Part shown: piece after piece, positions 49,996 through 60,140 of the stretch | How the letters are laid out: every line of letters begins with the position of its first letter | Position numbering within the stretch: the first letter of the stretch is position 1 | Assembly: GCA_963815645.1 (NCBI GenBank) | Contig: CAWFHL010000004.1 | Span: forward strand, 141,416-205,415 | DNA: 64,000 nt | Reading direction: 5' to 3' | Origin: an uncultured Actinomycetes bacterium | GTDB lineage: Bacteria > Actinomycetota > Thermoleophilia > Solirubrobacterales > 70-9 | Translations under genes and position numbers: made by a program | Notes under the pieces: generated by a model | Told to the model about the DNA's origin: nothing | Databases searched by the model: none | Seen by the model: only the letters and a program-made list of their open reading frames with translations

Positions 49996-51245
49996 GGCGA
50001 CGATCTCCCGGTCCGCCATGCGGACCAGTCCCTGATCGGCGCCATCAGCTCGACGTGCTCGAGGTGGAGGAACGCCTCGACAACGTTCGGGTCGAACCGG
50101 GTCCCGGAGCCGGCATTGATCTCGGCCAGCGTCTCCTCCAGGGTCCACGGCTCGAACCGGGGGCGGCCGTGGGTCAGCGTGTCGAAGGCGTCGGCGACCA
50201 TCGTGATTCGACCGCCGATCGGTATCTCCTCGCCCTGCAGCCCGCGCGGATACCCCTCGCCGTCCCAGCGCTCGTGGTGGGTGAGGGCGATCTGCTCGGC
50301 CAGACGCAGCGCCGGGGTCTCGCTGCTCCCGAGGATGTCGGCCCCGATCACCGTGTGCTGTCGCATCATCGCCAGATCCGGCTCCGAGAGCTCCGCCGGC
50401 TGCAACAGGATCTCCTCGCTGACCCCGAGCTTGCCGATGTCGTGCAGCGGCGCCGCCTGGCCGATCAGCTCGATGAACCCGGTGGAGAGGCCGAGCTCGT
50501 TGGCGATCGCGGCGCTGATCCTCCCCACCCGGACGGTGTGCTCATGGGTGCCCTTCTCGTGCAGCTCGGCGGCGACCGCGAGGCGCTGCAGCGTCTCCAG
50601 CCGCGAGCGCTCCAGCTCGCGGGTGCGCTCGCCGACGACGCCCTGGAGCATCCTCTCCCGTGTCCGCAGGCCCTCTTCGGCCCGCTTCAGGCCGGTGATG
50701 TCGTAGATCACGCCCTGGGTGATCTTCTGCCCGCTCTCGGTCAGCCCGACGGCGACGTCGCGGACCCAAATCTCCTCACCGGACTTGGTCCGCATCCGGT
50801 AGTCGGTCGCATTGGGCTCGCCCGAGCGCAACGCCCGACTCTCGTCGGAGATCGCCAGGGCGACGTCGTCCGGGTGGACCTGCCGGCGCCAGAGGTCGGG
50901 GTCCTCGCGCCACTCCTCTGGGGTGAAGCCGAGCATCGTCGTGATGTAGGGGCTGACGTATTGCCAGCGCGCCTTTTCCCCGGGCTCGGCCAGGTAGGCG
51001 ATCACCGGGGCCTGCTCGGCGACGAACCGGTAGCGCGACTCCTCGGCAGCGAGGCGCTCGGCCTGTCGATCGCCACTGCCCAGGTAGATCTCCAATGCGA
51101 TCAGCGCTGCGGTGAGCAGCCCGAGCGCTGCGGCCACCCACGAGGCAGCGTCGATCGCCGCCGCGGCGACCGTCGCGAGCGCAGCCAGCAGGGCCGCCCC
51201 AAGCAGCAGGAGTCTTCGTCGATCTCGTCTCATCGGGGTCTGCAT
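49938..51245 (-). CDS. Membrane-anchored PAS / HD-GYP domain protein (probable c-di-GMP phosphodiesterase)
   Basis: Intact, 435 aa. Two N-terminal TM helices, a PAS-like region, then HDIGK...HHERWDGEGYP. The last ~17 codons and the TAA stop lie inside repeat units. Confidence 0.85.
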   Translation of the reverse strand: MQTPMRRDRRRLLLLGAALLAALATVAAAAIDAASWVAAALGLLTAALIALEIYLGSGDRQAERLAAEESRYRFVAEQAPVIAYLAEPGEKARWQYVSPYITTMLGFTPEEWREDPDLWRRQVHPDDVALAISDESRALRSGEPNATDYRMRTKSGEEIWVRDVAVGLTESGQKITQGVIYDITGLKRAEEGLRTRERMLQGVVGERTRELERSRLETLQRLAVAAELHEKGTHEHTVRVGRISAAIANELGLSTGFIELIGQAAPLHDIGKLGVSEEILLQPAELSEPDLAMMRQHTVIGADILGSSETPALRLAEQIALTHHERWDGEGYPRGLQGEEIPIGGRITMVADAFDTLTHGRPRFEPWTLEETLAEINAGSGTRFDPNVVEAFLHLEHVELMAPIRDWSAWRTGRSSPESIAAALPPPMPRGQTGD

Positions 51246-51301
51246 CTCACCACTACCCGATCCGGAGGATCGTAGTTGGGACCGGGGACTAAGCTGAGGC
51301 G

Positions 51302-52669
51302 ATGTTCGATCAGCTATCGGATCGATTGCAGTCCGCCCTCTCGGATGTCCGCTCGCGCGGCAAGCTCACCGAGGACGACGTCGATCGGGCGATGCGGGAG
51401 ATCCGCCTGGCTCTGCTCGAGGCGGACGTCAACTTCAAGGTCGTCAAGGCCTTCACCTCCACGGTCAAGGAGCGCTGCCTGGGAGCCGACGTGCTCGGCA
51501 GCCTCGACCCGGGCCAGCAGGTGGTGAAGATCGTCAACGAGGAGCTCACCGAGCTAATGGGCGGTACCGGGCGGGAGATCGCCTTCGCCTCGAGCGGCCC
51601 GACGGTGATCCTGATGGCCGGCCTCCAGGGGTCGGGGAAGACGACGGCATGCGCGAAGCTGGCCCGGAGCCTGGGGGAGGGAGGGCGCAAGATCGCACTG
51701 GCGGCGTGCGACGTGCACCGGCCGGCGGCGGTCGAACAGCTGGTCAAGATGGGCGGGCGGGCCGGCGCCAAGGTCTATGAGCGGGGGACCGAGGCCGACC
51801 CGGTGGAGATCGCCGAGTGGGCGCTCGAGCAGGCTCGCCAGGAGGACCGCGACGTGCTGATCGTCGACACTGCCGGGCGCCTTCACGTCGACCCCGAGAT
51901 GATGGGCGAGCTGGCCCGGATCCGCAAGACGGTCCGCCCCCACGATGTGCTCTTGGTCGTCGACGCAATGACCGGGCAGGACGCGGTCGGGGTCGCGGAG
52001 TCATTCGCCGATGCCGCCGAATTCGACGGCGTGGTGATCACGAAGCTCGACGGCGACGCTCGCGGTGGTGCCGCACTCTCCGTGAAGGCGGTCACCGGAA
52101 AGCCGATCATCTACGCGTCGACGGGAGAGAAGATCGAGGAGTTCGAGCGCTTCCACCCGGACCGGATGGCCGGCCGCATCCTCGGGATGGGAGACGTCCT
52201 CAGCCTGATCGAGAAGGCAGAGAAGCAGGTGGACGCCGGGCAGGCCGCCGACCTCCAGGAGAAGATGCGGACCGACCAGTTCACGCTCGAGGACTTTCTC
52301 GGTCAGCTGAAGCAGGTCCGCAAGATGGGGCCGATCGGCAGCCTGATGGGGATGATGCCCGGCATGGGGGGGTTGAAGCAGCTGCGCGGGGCCGACGTCG
52401 ACGAGCGAGAACTCGACCGGGTCGAGGCGATCATCCTCTCGATGACCCCGGGGGAGAGGGCCAACCCGGGCCTGATCAACGGCTCGCGCCGCAAGCGGAT
52501 CGCCGGCGGCTCCGGCACCAGGGTCCAGCACGTCAACCAGCTGGTCAAGCAGTTCGACCAGATGCGCAAGCTGATGAAGCAGGTGGCCTCCGGCCAGATG
52601 CCCGATCCCCAGCAGCTCGCCCAGCAGATGGCCGGCGCCGGCGCAAAGCCGAAGTTCAAGCGCCGCTGA
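51302..52669 (+). CDS. ffh: Signal recognition particle protein Ffh
   Basis: Intact. LMAGLQGSGKTT, DTAGRLH, TKLDGDARGGAALS, Met-rich M domain (GSLMGMMPGMGG). Confidence 0.95.
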   Translation: MFDQLSDRLQSALSDVRSRGKLTEDDVDRAMREIRLALLEADVNFKVVKAFTSTVKERCLGADVLGSLDPGQQVVKIVNEELTELMGGTGREIAFASSGPTVILMAGLQGSGKTTACAKLARSLGEGGRKIALAACDVHRPAAVEQLVKMGGRAGAKVYERGTEADPVEIAEWALEQARQEDRDVLIVDTAGRLHVDPEMMGELARIRKTVRPHDVLLVVDAMTGQDAVGVAESFADAAEFDGVVITKLDGDARGGAALSVKAVTGKPIIYASTGEKIEEFERFHPDRMAGRILGMGDVLSLIEKAEKQVDAGQAADLQEKMRTDQFTLEDFLGQLKQVRKMGPIGSLMGMMPGMGGLKQLRGADVDERELDRVEAIILSMTPGERANPGLINGSRRKRIAGGSGTRVQHVNQLVKQFDQMRKLMKQVASGQMPDPQQLAQQMAGAGAKPKFKRR

Positions 52670-52690
52670 CCCGCTAACCTTCCGCGGCCG

Positions 52691-52948
52691 ATGGCAGTGC
52701 GAATCAGATTGAGGCGAGTGGGTTCGAAGAAGAACCCGATCTGGCGGGTGGTGGTCGCGGACAAGCGCTCACCCCGCGACGGCCGCACGATCGAGACGAT
52801 CGGCCGCTACAACCCGCAGACCGACCCGTCGCTGATCGAGATCGACGAAGACCGGGCCCGCCACTGGCTCGAGCACGGCGCCCAGCCCTCGGAGACGGTC
52901 GCCAGCCTGCTCCGCTCCAAGGGAATCAGGGCGACGGGGACAAAGTAG
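52691..52948 (+). CDS. rpsP: 30S ribosomal protein S16
   Basis: [39 protein letters not shown]. Confidence 0.95.
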   Translation: MAVRIRLRRVGSKKNPIWRVVVADKRSPRDGRTIETIGRYNPQTDPSLIEIDEDRARHWLEHGAQPSETVASLLRSKGIRATGTK

Positions 52949-52953
52949 GTCTT

Positions 52954-53184
52954 GTGCGGGATCTGCTCGAGTTCCTCGCCAGGGCGCTCGTCGAGCATCC
53001 CGACCAGGTAGTCGTCGAGGAGCTGGAGGAGGACGGCGACCTCGTCTATGAGATCACCGTCGCTGAGGAGGACCTCGGCCGAGTGATCGGCAGGCGCGGC
53101 CGGGTGGCGAACGCGATCCGATCGGTGGCGAAGGCGGCGGCGGTCCGGATCGAGCGACGAGTCATCGTCGACATCCTCGACTGA
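52954..53184 (+). CDS. KH-domain RNA-binding protein (YlqC/UPF0109 family)
   Basis: 76 aa. LGRVIGRRGRVANAIRSV (GxxG KH motif). Canonical position after rpsP. Confidence 0.85.
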   Translation: MRDLLEFLARALVEHPDQVVVEELEEDGDLVYEITVAEEDLGRVIGRRGRVANAIRSVAKAAAVRIERRVIVDILD

Positions 53185-53200
53185 GGGGGCGGGCCCCACG

Positions 53201-53881
53201 ATGCGGCTCGACATCTTCACCCTCTTTCCCGAGGCGTTCGATTGGTTCAGCTCGCAGCGGCCAGTCCACAATGCGCTCAGCGAGGGATCCGAGCTGCGGC
53301 TTCTCAGCTACCGCGATGCGACCCCGTTACGCGCCGGGCAGGTTGACGACTCGCCCTACGGCGGTGGCGCCGGGATGCTGCTGCGGGTCGACGTGGTCGA
53401 CGCCGCCCTCGAGGCGGCCTACCCCCACGGCTCGAGGCCGAGGATCGCCCTGCTGACGCCTTCCGGCAGGCTGCTCGACGACCCCCTTGCGACCGAGCTG
53501 GCGAGCGAGCCCCACCTGGCGCTGATGTGCGGCCGCTATGAGGGATTCGACCAGCGGGTTCACGACCACCTCGCCGACGACGAGGTCTCGATCGGGCGTT
53601 ATGTGCTCGCCGGCGGGGAGCTGGCGGCGATGGTCCTCGCGGATGCGATCATCCGCAAGCTCCCGGGCGCGCTCGGACACGGCGATAGCGCCGTCGAGGA
53701 GTCGTTCAGCGAAGCGCTCGACGGAGCTCCGGAGTATCCGCATTTCACCAGGCCCCCCGGCTATCGCGGCTGGGAGGTGCCGGAGGTTCTCCTCTCAGGG
53801 GACCACGAGCGCGTCAGGGAGTGGCGTGTGGCCCGCAGCCGGGAGCGCGCCGAGCGGCTCGGTTCGCCCGGCGGCGACTAG
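53201..53881 (+). CDS. trmD: tRNA (guanine37-N1)-methyltransferase
   Basis: MRLDIFTLFPE, DDSPYGGGAGM, CGRYEGFDQR, SIGRYVLAGGE. Confidence 0.9.
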   Translation: MRLDIFTLFPEAFDWFSSQRPVHNALSEGSELRLLSYRDATPLRAGQVDDSPYGGGAGMLLRVDVVDAALEAAYPHGSRPRIALLTPSGRLLDDPLATELASEPHLALMCGRYEGFDQRVHDHLADDEVSIGRYVLAGGELAAMVLADAIIRKLPGALGHGDSAVEESFSEALDGAPEYPHFTRPPGYRGWEVPEVLLSGDHERVREWRVARSRERAERLGSPGGD

Positions 53882-53903
53882 CTTCGAGCCGCTACCATTC
53901 CGC

Positions 53904-53941
53904 AACCGCGCGGGCCGGATTCCGCTTTGCGCGGTTTTTTT
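53904..53941 (+). terminator. Hairpin plus T7 tract between trmD and rplS (intrinsic terminator or rplS leader element)
   Basis: AACCGCGC-(17 nt loop)-GCGCGGTT followed by TTTTT. The T run at 53935..53941 is the only long T tract I saw in this 70% GC window. Confidence 0.5.
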
Positions 53942-53965
53942 AGGGCCGATTCCCGCCCCACCTCA

Positions 53966-54548
53966 ATGAGCACGATCATCGACAGCATCGAACGGAGCCA
54001 GCTGAAGGAGGGCCTGCCCTCGTTCGCCTCCGGCGATCGCGTCCGGGTCCACTTTCAGGTGGTCGAGGGAAGCCGGCGCCGCACCCAGGTCTTCGAGGGG
54101 GTCGTCCTGAAGCGACAGGGCTCGGGAGTGCGCGAGACTTTCACGGTTCGCAAGCAGTCCTTCGGAGTCGGCGTCGAGAGGACGTTTCCCCTGCACTCGC
54201 CCAAGATCGAGCGGCTCGAGGTCGCCGGTCGCGGCGACGTGCGCAGGGCGAAGCTCTACTACCTGCGGGGCCGGGTCGGGAAGGCTGCCCGCGTCGCGGA
54301 GCGCCGCTGGGGCATCGACGAGGACGTGATCGCCGCCCCGAGCGACGCGGAGAGCGAGGCGCTCGACTCCGAGGGGGTCGGGCAGGACGAGGTCGTGCCG
54401 GTTGAGGAGGCCGAGGCCGAGGCGCCCGGAGGCCGCGAGGCTGAGACGCCTGAGACCGAAGCCGATGCAAGGGGAAGAGCCGAAGGCGGAAACCGAGGCT
54501 GGGGGAGACGAGGAGACCGAGGCCGAGTCCGACGAGGACTCGGACTGA
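53966..54548 (+). CDS. rplS: 50S ribosomal protein L19 with an acidic C-terminal extension (3' end unresolved: no in-frame stop before lepB)
   Basis: [64 protein letters not shown]...RRAKLYYLR. The proposed end at TGA 54546..54548 requires a 1-nt shift near 54465. Confidence 0.75.
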
Positions 54549-55165
54549 ACCCTTCGATCCCCAAGCCGAAGACCAGGGCCGGCGGCCTCGTCGAGCTGGT
54601 CGTGATCGTCCTGCTGGCGCTCGGCCTGGCGCTCGGCATCCAGGCCTTCATCGTCAAGCCTTACCAGATCCCGTCCGAGTCGATGGAGCCGACCCTCGAC
54701 GTCGGCCAGAGGGTCCTGGTCAACCGCTTCATTTACCACTTCACCGACCCGTCGATCGGCGACATCGTCGTCTTCCATCCCCCGGCAGGAGCGGATAAGG
54801 GCACCGAGTGCGGGGTCCGCCACGCCATCAACCAGGCCTGCCCGGAGCCGACCAAGGGGGAGTCCGACCAGAACTTCATCAAGCGGATCGTCGCCGGGCC
54901 GGGGGACACGCTCAGCGTCCGCAACGGGCACCCGGTGGTCAACGGGGTGGAGAAGAAGGACGAGAGCTACATCCTGCCCTGCGCCGGCGGCGGCGCCTGC
55001 AACCTCTCGAAGCCGATAACCATTCCACCCGACCACTACTTCATGATGGGGGACAACCGTGGCTCGAGCGACGACAGCCGCTTCTGGGGCCCCGTCCCAA
55101 GGAACTGGATCATCGGCAAAGCCTTCGCCACCTATTGGCCGCCGGACCGCATCGGCCTCCTCTAG
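54545..55165 (+). CDS. lepB: Signal peptidase I (start unresolved)
   Basis: TM anchor [21 protein letters not shown], then [13 protein letters not shown] (catalytic Ser), [11 protein letters not shown] (Lys box), [16 protein letters not shown]. No ATG/GTG/TTG lies between the L19 core and the TM anchor; CTG 54545 overlaps TGA in the other frame. Confidence 0.8.
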   Translation: MNPSIPKPKTRAGGLVELVVIVLLALGLALGIQAFIVKPYQIPSESMEPTLDVGQRVLVNRFIYHFTDPSIGDIVVFHPPAGADKGTECGVRHAINQACPEPTKGESDQNFIKRIVAGPGDTLSVRNGHPVVNGVEKKDESYILPCAGGGACNLSKPITIPPDHYFMMGDNRGSSDDSRFWGPVPRNWIIGKAFATYWPPDRIGLL

Positions 55166-55817
55166 GAAGCGCCGCCAGGTCCGCACCCGCCGTCTCTTTG
55201 CCTTCGACCGCTCACTTGGGAGCCGGTTCGTCGCCGGCGCCGACGAGGCCGGGCGCGGCTCGCTCGCCGGGCCGCTGGTCGCCGCCGGGGTGCTGATCGA
55301 CTACCAGGGCCTCGGGCTCGCCGACCGCCGCGCCCTGACCGGACTGCACGACTCGAAGCAGTTGACGGAGGAGCTGCGCGAAAAGCTCTATCCGCAGGTG
55401 TTGCGCGCCGCGGCCCGGGTCAGCGTCGTCTTCCGATGCGTTCGCGGAATCGACTCCCGCGGACTGCATGTGACCAACATCGAGGCTCTCTCGGCGGCGC
55501 TGGTGGCCCTCGACGCCGGCGATGCGACCCACCTGGTGGACGGCTTTGCCCTGCCCCCGTGCCCGCTCGAGCACCGGCCCGTAGTCGAGGGGGACGGGAC
55601 CAGCGCTGCGATCGCCGCCGCCTCGGTGATCGCCAAGGTGAGCCGCGACCGTTACATGAGGCGCCTCGCCGCCGCCCACCCCGGCTGGGGTTTCGGCGAG
55701 AACGTCGGCTACTCGACGCCCGAGCACCGCGAGGCGATCGCCGCGATCGGTATATCCCCACAGCACCGGCGCTCCTTCCAATCGGTCGCCTACCGCCAGC
55801 TCGAGCTGGCCGGCTGA
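55059..55817 (+). CDS. rnhB: Ribonuclease HII (start unresolved)
   Basis: [36 protein letters not shown]. The only canonical in-frame start (GTG 55059) overlaps lepB by 107 nt; the expected start would be near 55170..55200. Confidence 0.8.
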   Translation: MARATTAASGAPSQGTGSSAKPSPPIGRRTASASSRKRRQVRTRRLFAFDRSLGSRFVAGADEAGRGSLAGPLVAAGVLIDYQGLGLADRRALTGLHDSKQLTEELREKLYPQVLRAAARVSVVFRCVRGIDSRGLHVTNIEALSAALVALDAGDATHLVDGFALPPCPLEHRPVVEGDGTSAAIAAASVIAKVSRDRYMRRLAAAHPGWGFGENVGYSTPEHREAIAAIGISPQHRRSFQSVAYRQLELAG

Positions 55818-55821
55818 GCGT

Positions 55822-56199
55822 TCACCAGGCGCCTCGAATGTGCTCGTAGTCGCGCAGCGATCCATCCTCCGCGAAGGTGACACCGACTGCGTCGAAGCGG
55901 ACCTCCTCGAACGGCGTCGGCGGGCGGTTCGCGCTGAGCCAGGCGCCGGCAAGCCCCCGGAGCCGGTGCTGCTTGCGCGGCCCGACCGCCAGCACCGGGC
56001 GCTCGGGTCCGGCCGAGACCTTCTCCCTGCCGGCCTTGACCTCGACGAACACGAGGTCGCCGCGATCGAGGGCGACGATGTCGATCTCGCCGCGGCGGGT
56101 CCGCGCATTGCGCTCGAGGATCTCCCAGCCCTGCCCGCGCAGGCGCCCGGCGACCAGGTCTTCGGCGGCGCGCCCGATTCTCTGCCGCGCCTCGCTCAT
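55822..56199 (-). CDS. yraN: YraN-family (UPF0102) endonuclease-like protein
   Basis: Minus-strand ATG at 56199. GRAAEDLVAGRLRGQGWEILERNARTRRGEIDIVALDRGDLVFVEVKAG. Opposite in orientation to its flanking conserved neighbours. Confidence 0.8.
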   Translation of the reverse strand: MSEARQRIGRAAEDLVAGRLRGQGWEILERNARTRRGEIDIVALDRGDLVFVEVKAGREKVSAGPERPVLAVGPRKQHRLRGLAGAWLSANRPPTPFEEVRFDAVGVTFAEDGSLRDYEHIRGAW

Positions 56200-56332
56200 C
56201 CTCGCCGGTCCTGCTCGCTCACCATCGCCGGCGGAGACTGATCCGGCGGGCCACGCCGATGGCGCGCCGGTCGTGACGATTTCCTGACGGCCGGCGCGCA
56301 ACGCGGCAAACCGCCCCGCCTAGCTTGGCCGG

Positions 56333-57828
56333 GTGCTCGCGACCTCAAGGACATTCGCGCTGGACGGGATCGACGCGAGGCCGGTAAGGGTCGAGGCCGA
56401 CGTACATCGCGGACTCCCCAGCCTCGCGATCGTCGGCCTGCCCGGACACCGCGGTCCGCGAGGCGCGCGAGCGGGTGCGGGCGGCGATCGAGAACTGCGG
56501 CTTCCTCTTCCCGCTGCGGCGGATCACGATCAATCTGGCTCCGGCCAGCCTCCGCAAGGCCGGTCCCGGTTTCGATCTGGCGATCGCGGTGGCGCTGCTG
56601 GCCGCATCCGGACAGATCCGCTGGGATGGGCTGGGGACCATCTCGGTCGCCGGCGAGCTCGCCCTCGACGGCTCCGTCCGCCCGGTTCCGGGCGCCCTCG
56701 CGATGGCTGAGGCAGCCGCCCGGCGCGGCGACGCCGCCATCGTCCTGCCGGCGGGAAACGGCCCCGAGGCCGCGCTGGCCGGGGCCGTCCGTGTGATGCC
56801 GGTCGAGAGCCTCGCCCAGATCCGGCCCCTCGCGGCCGGCGAGTGGGAGCCACCGGCGCCGGCGGCGATCGAGCTCTCATCCCCGGCCAACGGTGACGGC
56901 CCAGACCTGGGCGACCTCAGGGGCCAGGCGCACCTGCGCTACGCGCTCGAGGTCGCCGCCGCCGGGGGTCACAGCCTGCTGATGATCGGGCCCCCCGGGG
57001 CGGGGAAGTCGCTCGCCGCCCGCCGCATCCCTTCGATCCTGCCGGCGCCGACGGCCGAGGAAGCGCTGCAGGTCGCCAGGGTCTCGAGTGCCTGCGGATC
57101 TCCCCGAGAAGCGATCGGAACCCGTCCTTTCCGGGCTCCGCATCACACCGTCTCGGCCGCCGGCCTGATCGGGGGTGGCAACCCGCCCCGAGCGGGTGAG
57201 GTGACCCTGGCCCACGGCGGCGTCCTTTTCCTCGACGAGCTCTGCGAGTTCCGTCGCGACGCGCTCGAGGCTCTGCGGGCGCCGCTGGAGGCGGGCTCGG
57301 TCGCGATCGGCCGCTCGGGGGCCCGCCGCAGGCTCCCCTGTCGCTTCATGCTGATCGCCGCCGCCAACCCCTGCCCCTGCGGTCGGGGTGCGGATGACGA
57401 GCGCTGCACCTGCGCGCCGCATGACGTCCGCCGCTACAAGGGGCGCCTCAGCGGCGCACTCGCCGACCGGATCGACATCGTCGTCTCCCTCTCCCAGCCG
57501 GACCCGGCCGAGATAGGGGGCGGGGAGGGGGAGCGCTCGGCCGGGGTCCGCCGGCGGGTCGAGGCGGCGCGCGGGCGTCAGCGCGAGCGCCTCGGCCCGG
57601 GACGCTGCAACGCGGTGATGACGCCGTCGGAGGCCAGAACGGCGAATCTCAGCGAGCGAGGCGGCGGGGCTGCTTGCCAGCGCCTACGAGTCGCAGCGCC
57701 TCAGCGGGCGCGCCCACGACCGGGTCCTCCGCCTCGCCCGCACGATCGCCGATCTCGAGGGACGCGAGGCGGTCGAGGCCGCGGCGATCGGCGGGGCGCT
57801 CGGCCTGCGCCGGCGGGAGGAGCCCTGA
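56333..57828 (+). CDS. comM: YifB/ComM Mg-chelatase-like AAA+ protein; two frame breaks as sequenced
   Basis: Lon-like N-domain (GLPSLAIVGLP | DTAVREARERV), LLMIGPPGAGKSLAA, VLFLDELCEF, RFMLIAAANPCPCG, LSGRAHDRVLRLARTIADLEG. Breaks at ~56444 and ~57655. Confidence 0.85.
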
Positions 57829-58963
57829 GCGCGACCGCACCGCGAGCCTGTCCGGCCTGCCTGCGCCGGGCCTGGCTGCTGCTCGCGCCTGGCTCCCTAC
57901 ATCGAGCGGATGGCGAGCTCGGCTCCCGGCTCGCGCACCGCGGAGTTGCTCGCCCTCTCCGACGCCGACCTCCTGCGCGCCGCGTCTCCCCGCAAGGCGC
58001 GAGCGGCCTCGGCGCGCGGGTCGCCGCAGCTCGGCGAGGCCGAGATGCGGCGCAGGGTCGAGGCCGCCGGCTGCTGGGCGATCTGCCGCCACGAGAGCGG
58101 CTTCCCGGAGGCGCTGCGCGAGCAGGCCGACGGGCCGAGGTCGCTGATCTGCCGCGGCGACCCGTCCCATCTGGGACGGCTCGAGGGGGAGGGCGCGGTG
58201 ACCATCGTCGGCTCGCGCCGGGCCAGCGGCTACGGGCGGGAGATCGCTCGGTGCCCTGGCGGCCGAGCTGGCCGGCGGCGGGCCTCGCGGTGATCAGCGG
58301 GATGGCCTACGGGATCGATGCCTCGGCCCATCGCGGCGCGCTCGATGCGCGGCCTCACCGTCGCCGTCCTCGGCGGCGGCGCCGAACGTCGCCTACCCCG
58401 CGGCCCACCGGGCGCTTCACCGGCGGATCTGCGAGCTGGGGCTGGTGATCTCCGAGATGGCCCCGGGCGCGACGCCCTGGCGCTGGAGCTTTCCGGCTCG
58501 CAACCGGATCATGGCCGCGCTGGGCCGGATGACGATCGTGGTCGAGGCCGCGACGCGCTCCGGCTCGCTGATCACCGCGGAGCTGGCCGCCGAGAGCGGG
58601 CGCGACGTCGGCGCGGTGCCCGGGCCCGGTCAGCTCGCGCGCCTCGGCAGGCGCCAACGAGCTGCTGGCGCGCGGCGCCTGCGTGGTCCGCGACGCCCAG
58701 GACGTCCTCGACGCGATCCTCGGGCCCGGCGCGGTCGTCCTGAGGCGGACGGGGGCGGTCGCTGGACCCCGCGGCTGGCGAGGGTGCTCGCCGGCCTGGA
58801 GCGCGCCGGCACCCGGACTCGCTGGCCCGCGAGCTCGGTGTCACCGGCGGGCTCGGTCTCCGAGGCGCTCGCCCGGCTCGAGCTGCTCGGCTACGTCAGC
58901 TGCTCGGCGCTCGGCGAGTACACCCGCACCGCGCTGATCCCTCCGGGGGAGGCGACCACCTAA
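57825..58963 (+). CDS. dprA: DNA-processing protein DprA (Smf); about eight frame breaks as sequenced, start unresolved
   Basis: ..VTIVGSRRASGYG, LAVISGMAYGIDASAHRGAL, LTVAVLGGG, ISEMAPG....WRWSFPARNRIMAAL, VVEAATRSGSLITA, C-terminal winged helix ..VSEALARLELLGYV. The pieces are spread over all three frames. The first canonical ATG is 57910; a Cys-containing N-terminus (ACPACLRRAWLL) extends back to CTG 57825. Confidence 0.75.
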
Positions 58964-58973
58964 CCTGGCGACG

Positions 58974-59802
58974 GTGAGCTCCAGCGGAGATGAGACGGGC
59001 GGCCCGGGACGCGTCCCGGCGGTGCTCTCGATCGCCGGCTCGGACTCCGGCGGCGGCGCCGGAATCCAGGCGGACCTGAAGGCGTTCGCGAGGTGCGGCG
59101 TCCACGGGATGACCGCGATCACGGCGCTGACCGCGCAGAACACGATCGGGGTGAGCGCGGTCGAGCAGGTCCCGCCGGCGATGATCATCGAGCAGGTCCG
59201 GGCGGTCGCGACCGACATCGGCGTCGACGCCGCCAAGGTCGGGATGCTGGGGACCGCGGAGACCGTCGCCGCGGTGGTCGAGGCGCTCCCGCTGCTCGGC
59301 CCCGCGCCGGTCGTGGTCGATCCGGTGATGGTGGCCGAGAGCGGGGCGGTCCTGCTCGACGACGAGGCGCGGGCTGCCCTGGTCGCGGAGCTGCTGCCGC
59401 TCGCCGCCGTCGCCACCCCCAACATCCCCGAAGCCCGGGCGCTGAGCGGAGCCGGCGAGGACGCCGACCAGGAGCGAGCTCGGCGCGCGAGGTGCAGGCG
59501 CTCGGCCCGGACGCCGTGGTCGTCACCGGCGGTCACGGCAGCGGCGAGATGGCCGATCTCTTCTTCGACGGCTACGAGGTCGCGAGCATCCCGGTGACGG
59601 AGTTCCCGGGCGGGGCGGCGCACGGCTCGGGGTGCACCCATTCCTCTGCCCTCGCCGCCTTTCTCGCCCGGGGCGAGACCCCGCTGAGGCGGCCCGCGGA
59701 GCGGCCGCGGTCGCCTCGGAGGCGGTGGGCGCGGGGCTGCGCTCGATCGGCGCCGGGCCGGGGCCCGTCGACGCGCTCGGCCAGAGCGGCGGTCGGCAAT
59801 AA
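58974..59802 (+). CDS. thiD: Hydroxymethylpyrimidine/phosphomethylpyrimidine kinase; two frame breaks as sequenced
   Basis: VLSIAGSDSGGGAGIQADLK, KVGML, VVDPVMVA, TPNIPEA, VVVTGGH, GSGCTHSSALAAFLARG. Breaks at ~59475 and ~59686. Stop is TAA 59800..59802. Confidence 0.85.
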
Positions 59803-59809
59803 TGACGCA

Positions 59810-60073
59810 ATGAGATTCGTCCGCATGAAGCCCGGGCACGGCGACGTCCTCCTCGCCGAGGGCGACATCGAGCTGGCCGAGGACGAGGAGCGGCTGATCG
59901 AGGAGTTCCGCCGCCAGCTCGACGAGGGGATGTGGGCGGCGGTGCCCGACCAGTACCGCGGTGGCCGTCACGAGGCGGCGATGGTCCGCAGCTTCGAAGA
60001 GATCCCCCGCGACGCCGAGCGGGTGATCTTCTTCCCCCGGGCCGCCGGCGGCTCAAGGCCGGCGCGGTGTTAG
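59810..60073 (+). CDS. Small acidic hypothetical protein
   Basis: 87-codon ORF (MRFVRMKPGHGDVLLAEGDIELAEDEERLIEEFRRQL...) in the frame of ORF 59093..60073. Coding-like. Its last 5 codons and TAG stop lie in the repeat copy at 60057..60116. Confidence 0.45.
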   Translation: MRFVRMKPGHGDVLLAEGDIELAEDEERLIEEFRRQLDEGMWAAVPDQYRGGRHEAAMVRSFEEIPRDAERVIFFPRAAGGSRPARC

Positions 60074-60116
60074 CGCCGGCAGAGGCATGTCAGGCGGCGA
60101 AGCCGCCGCAATTGAT
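60057..60116. repeat. Single copy of the double-hairpin repeat
   Basis: AGGCCGGCGCGGTGTTAGCGCCGGCAGAGGCATGTCAGGCGGCGAAGCCGCCGCAATTGATT, 1 mismatch to the 49.8-kb units over the core. A 15-nt echo of the repeat 5' end (TTGATTGCCGCGGCG) follows at 60126..60140. Confidence 0.85.
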
Positions 60117-60140
60117 TCCGTGCAGTTGATTGCCGCGGCG

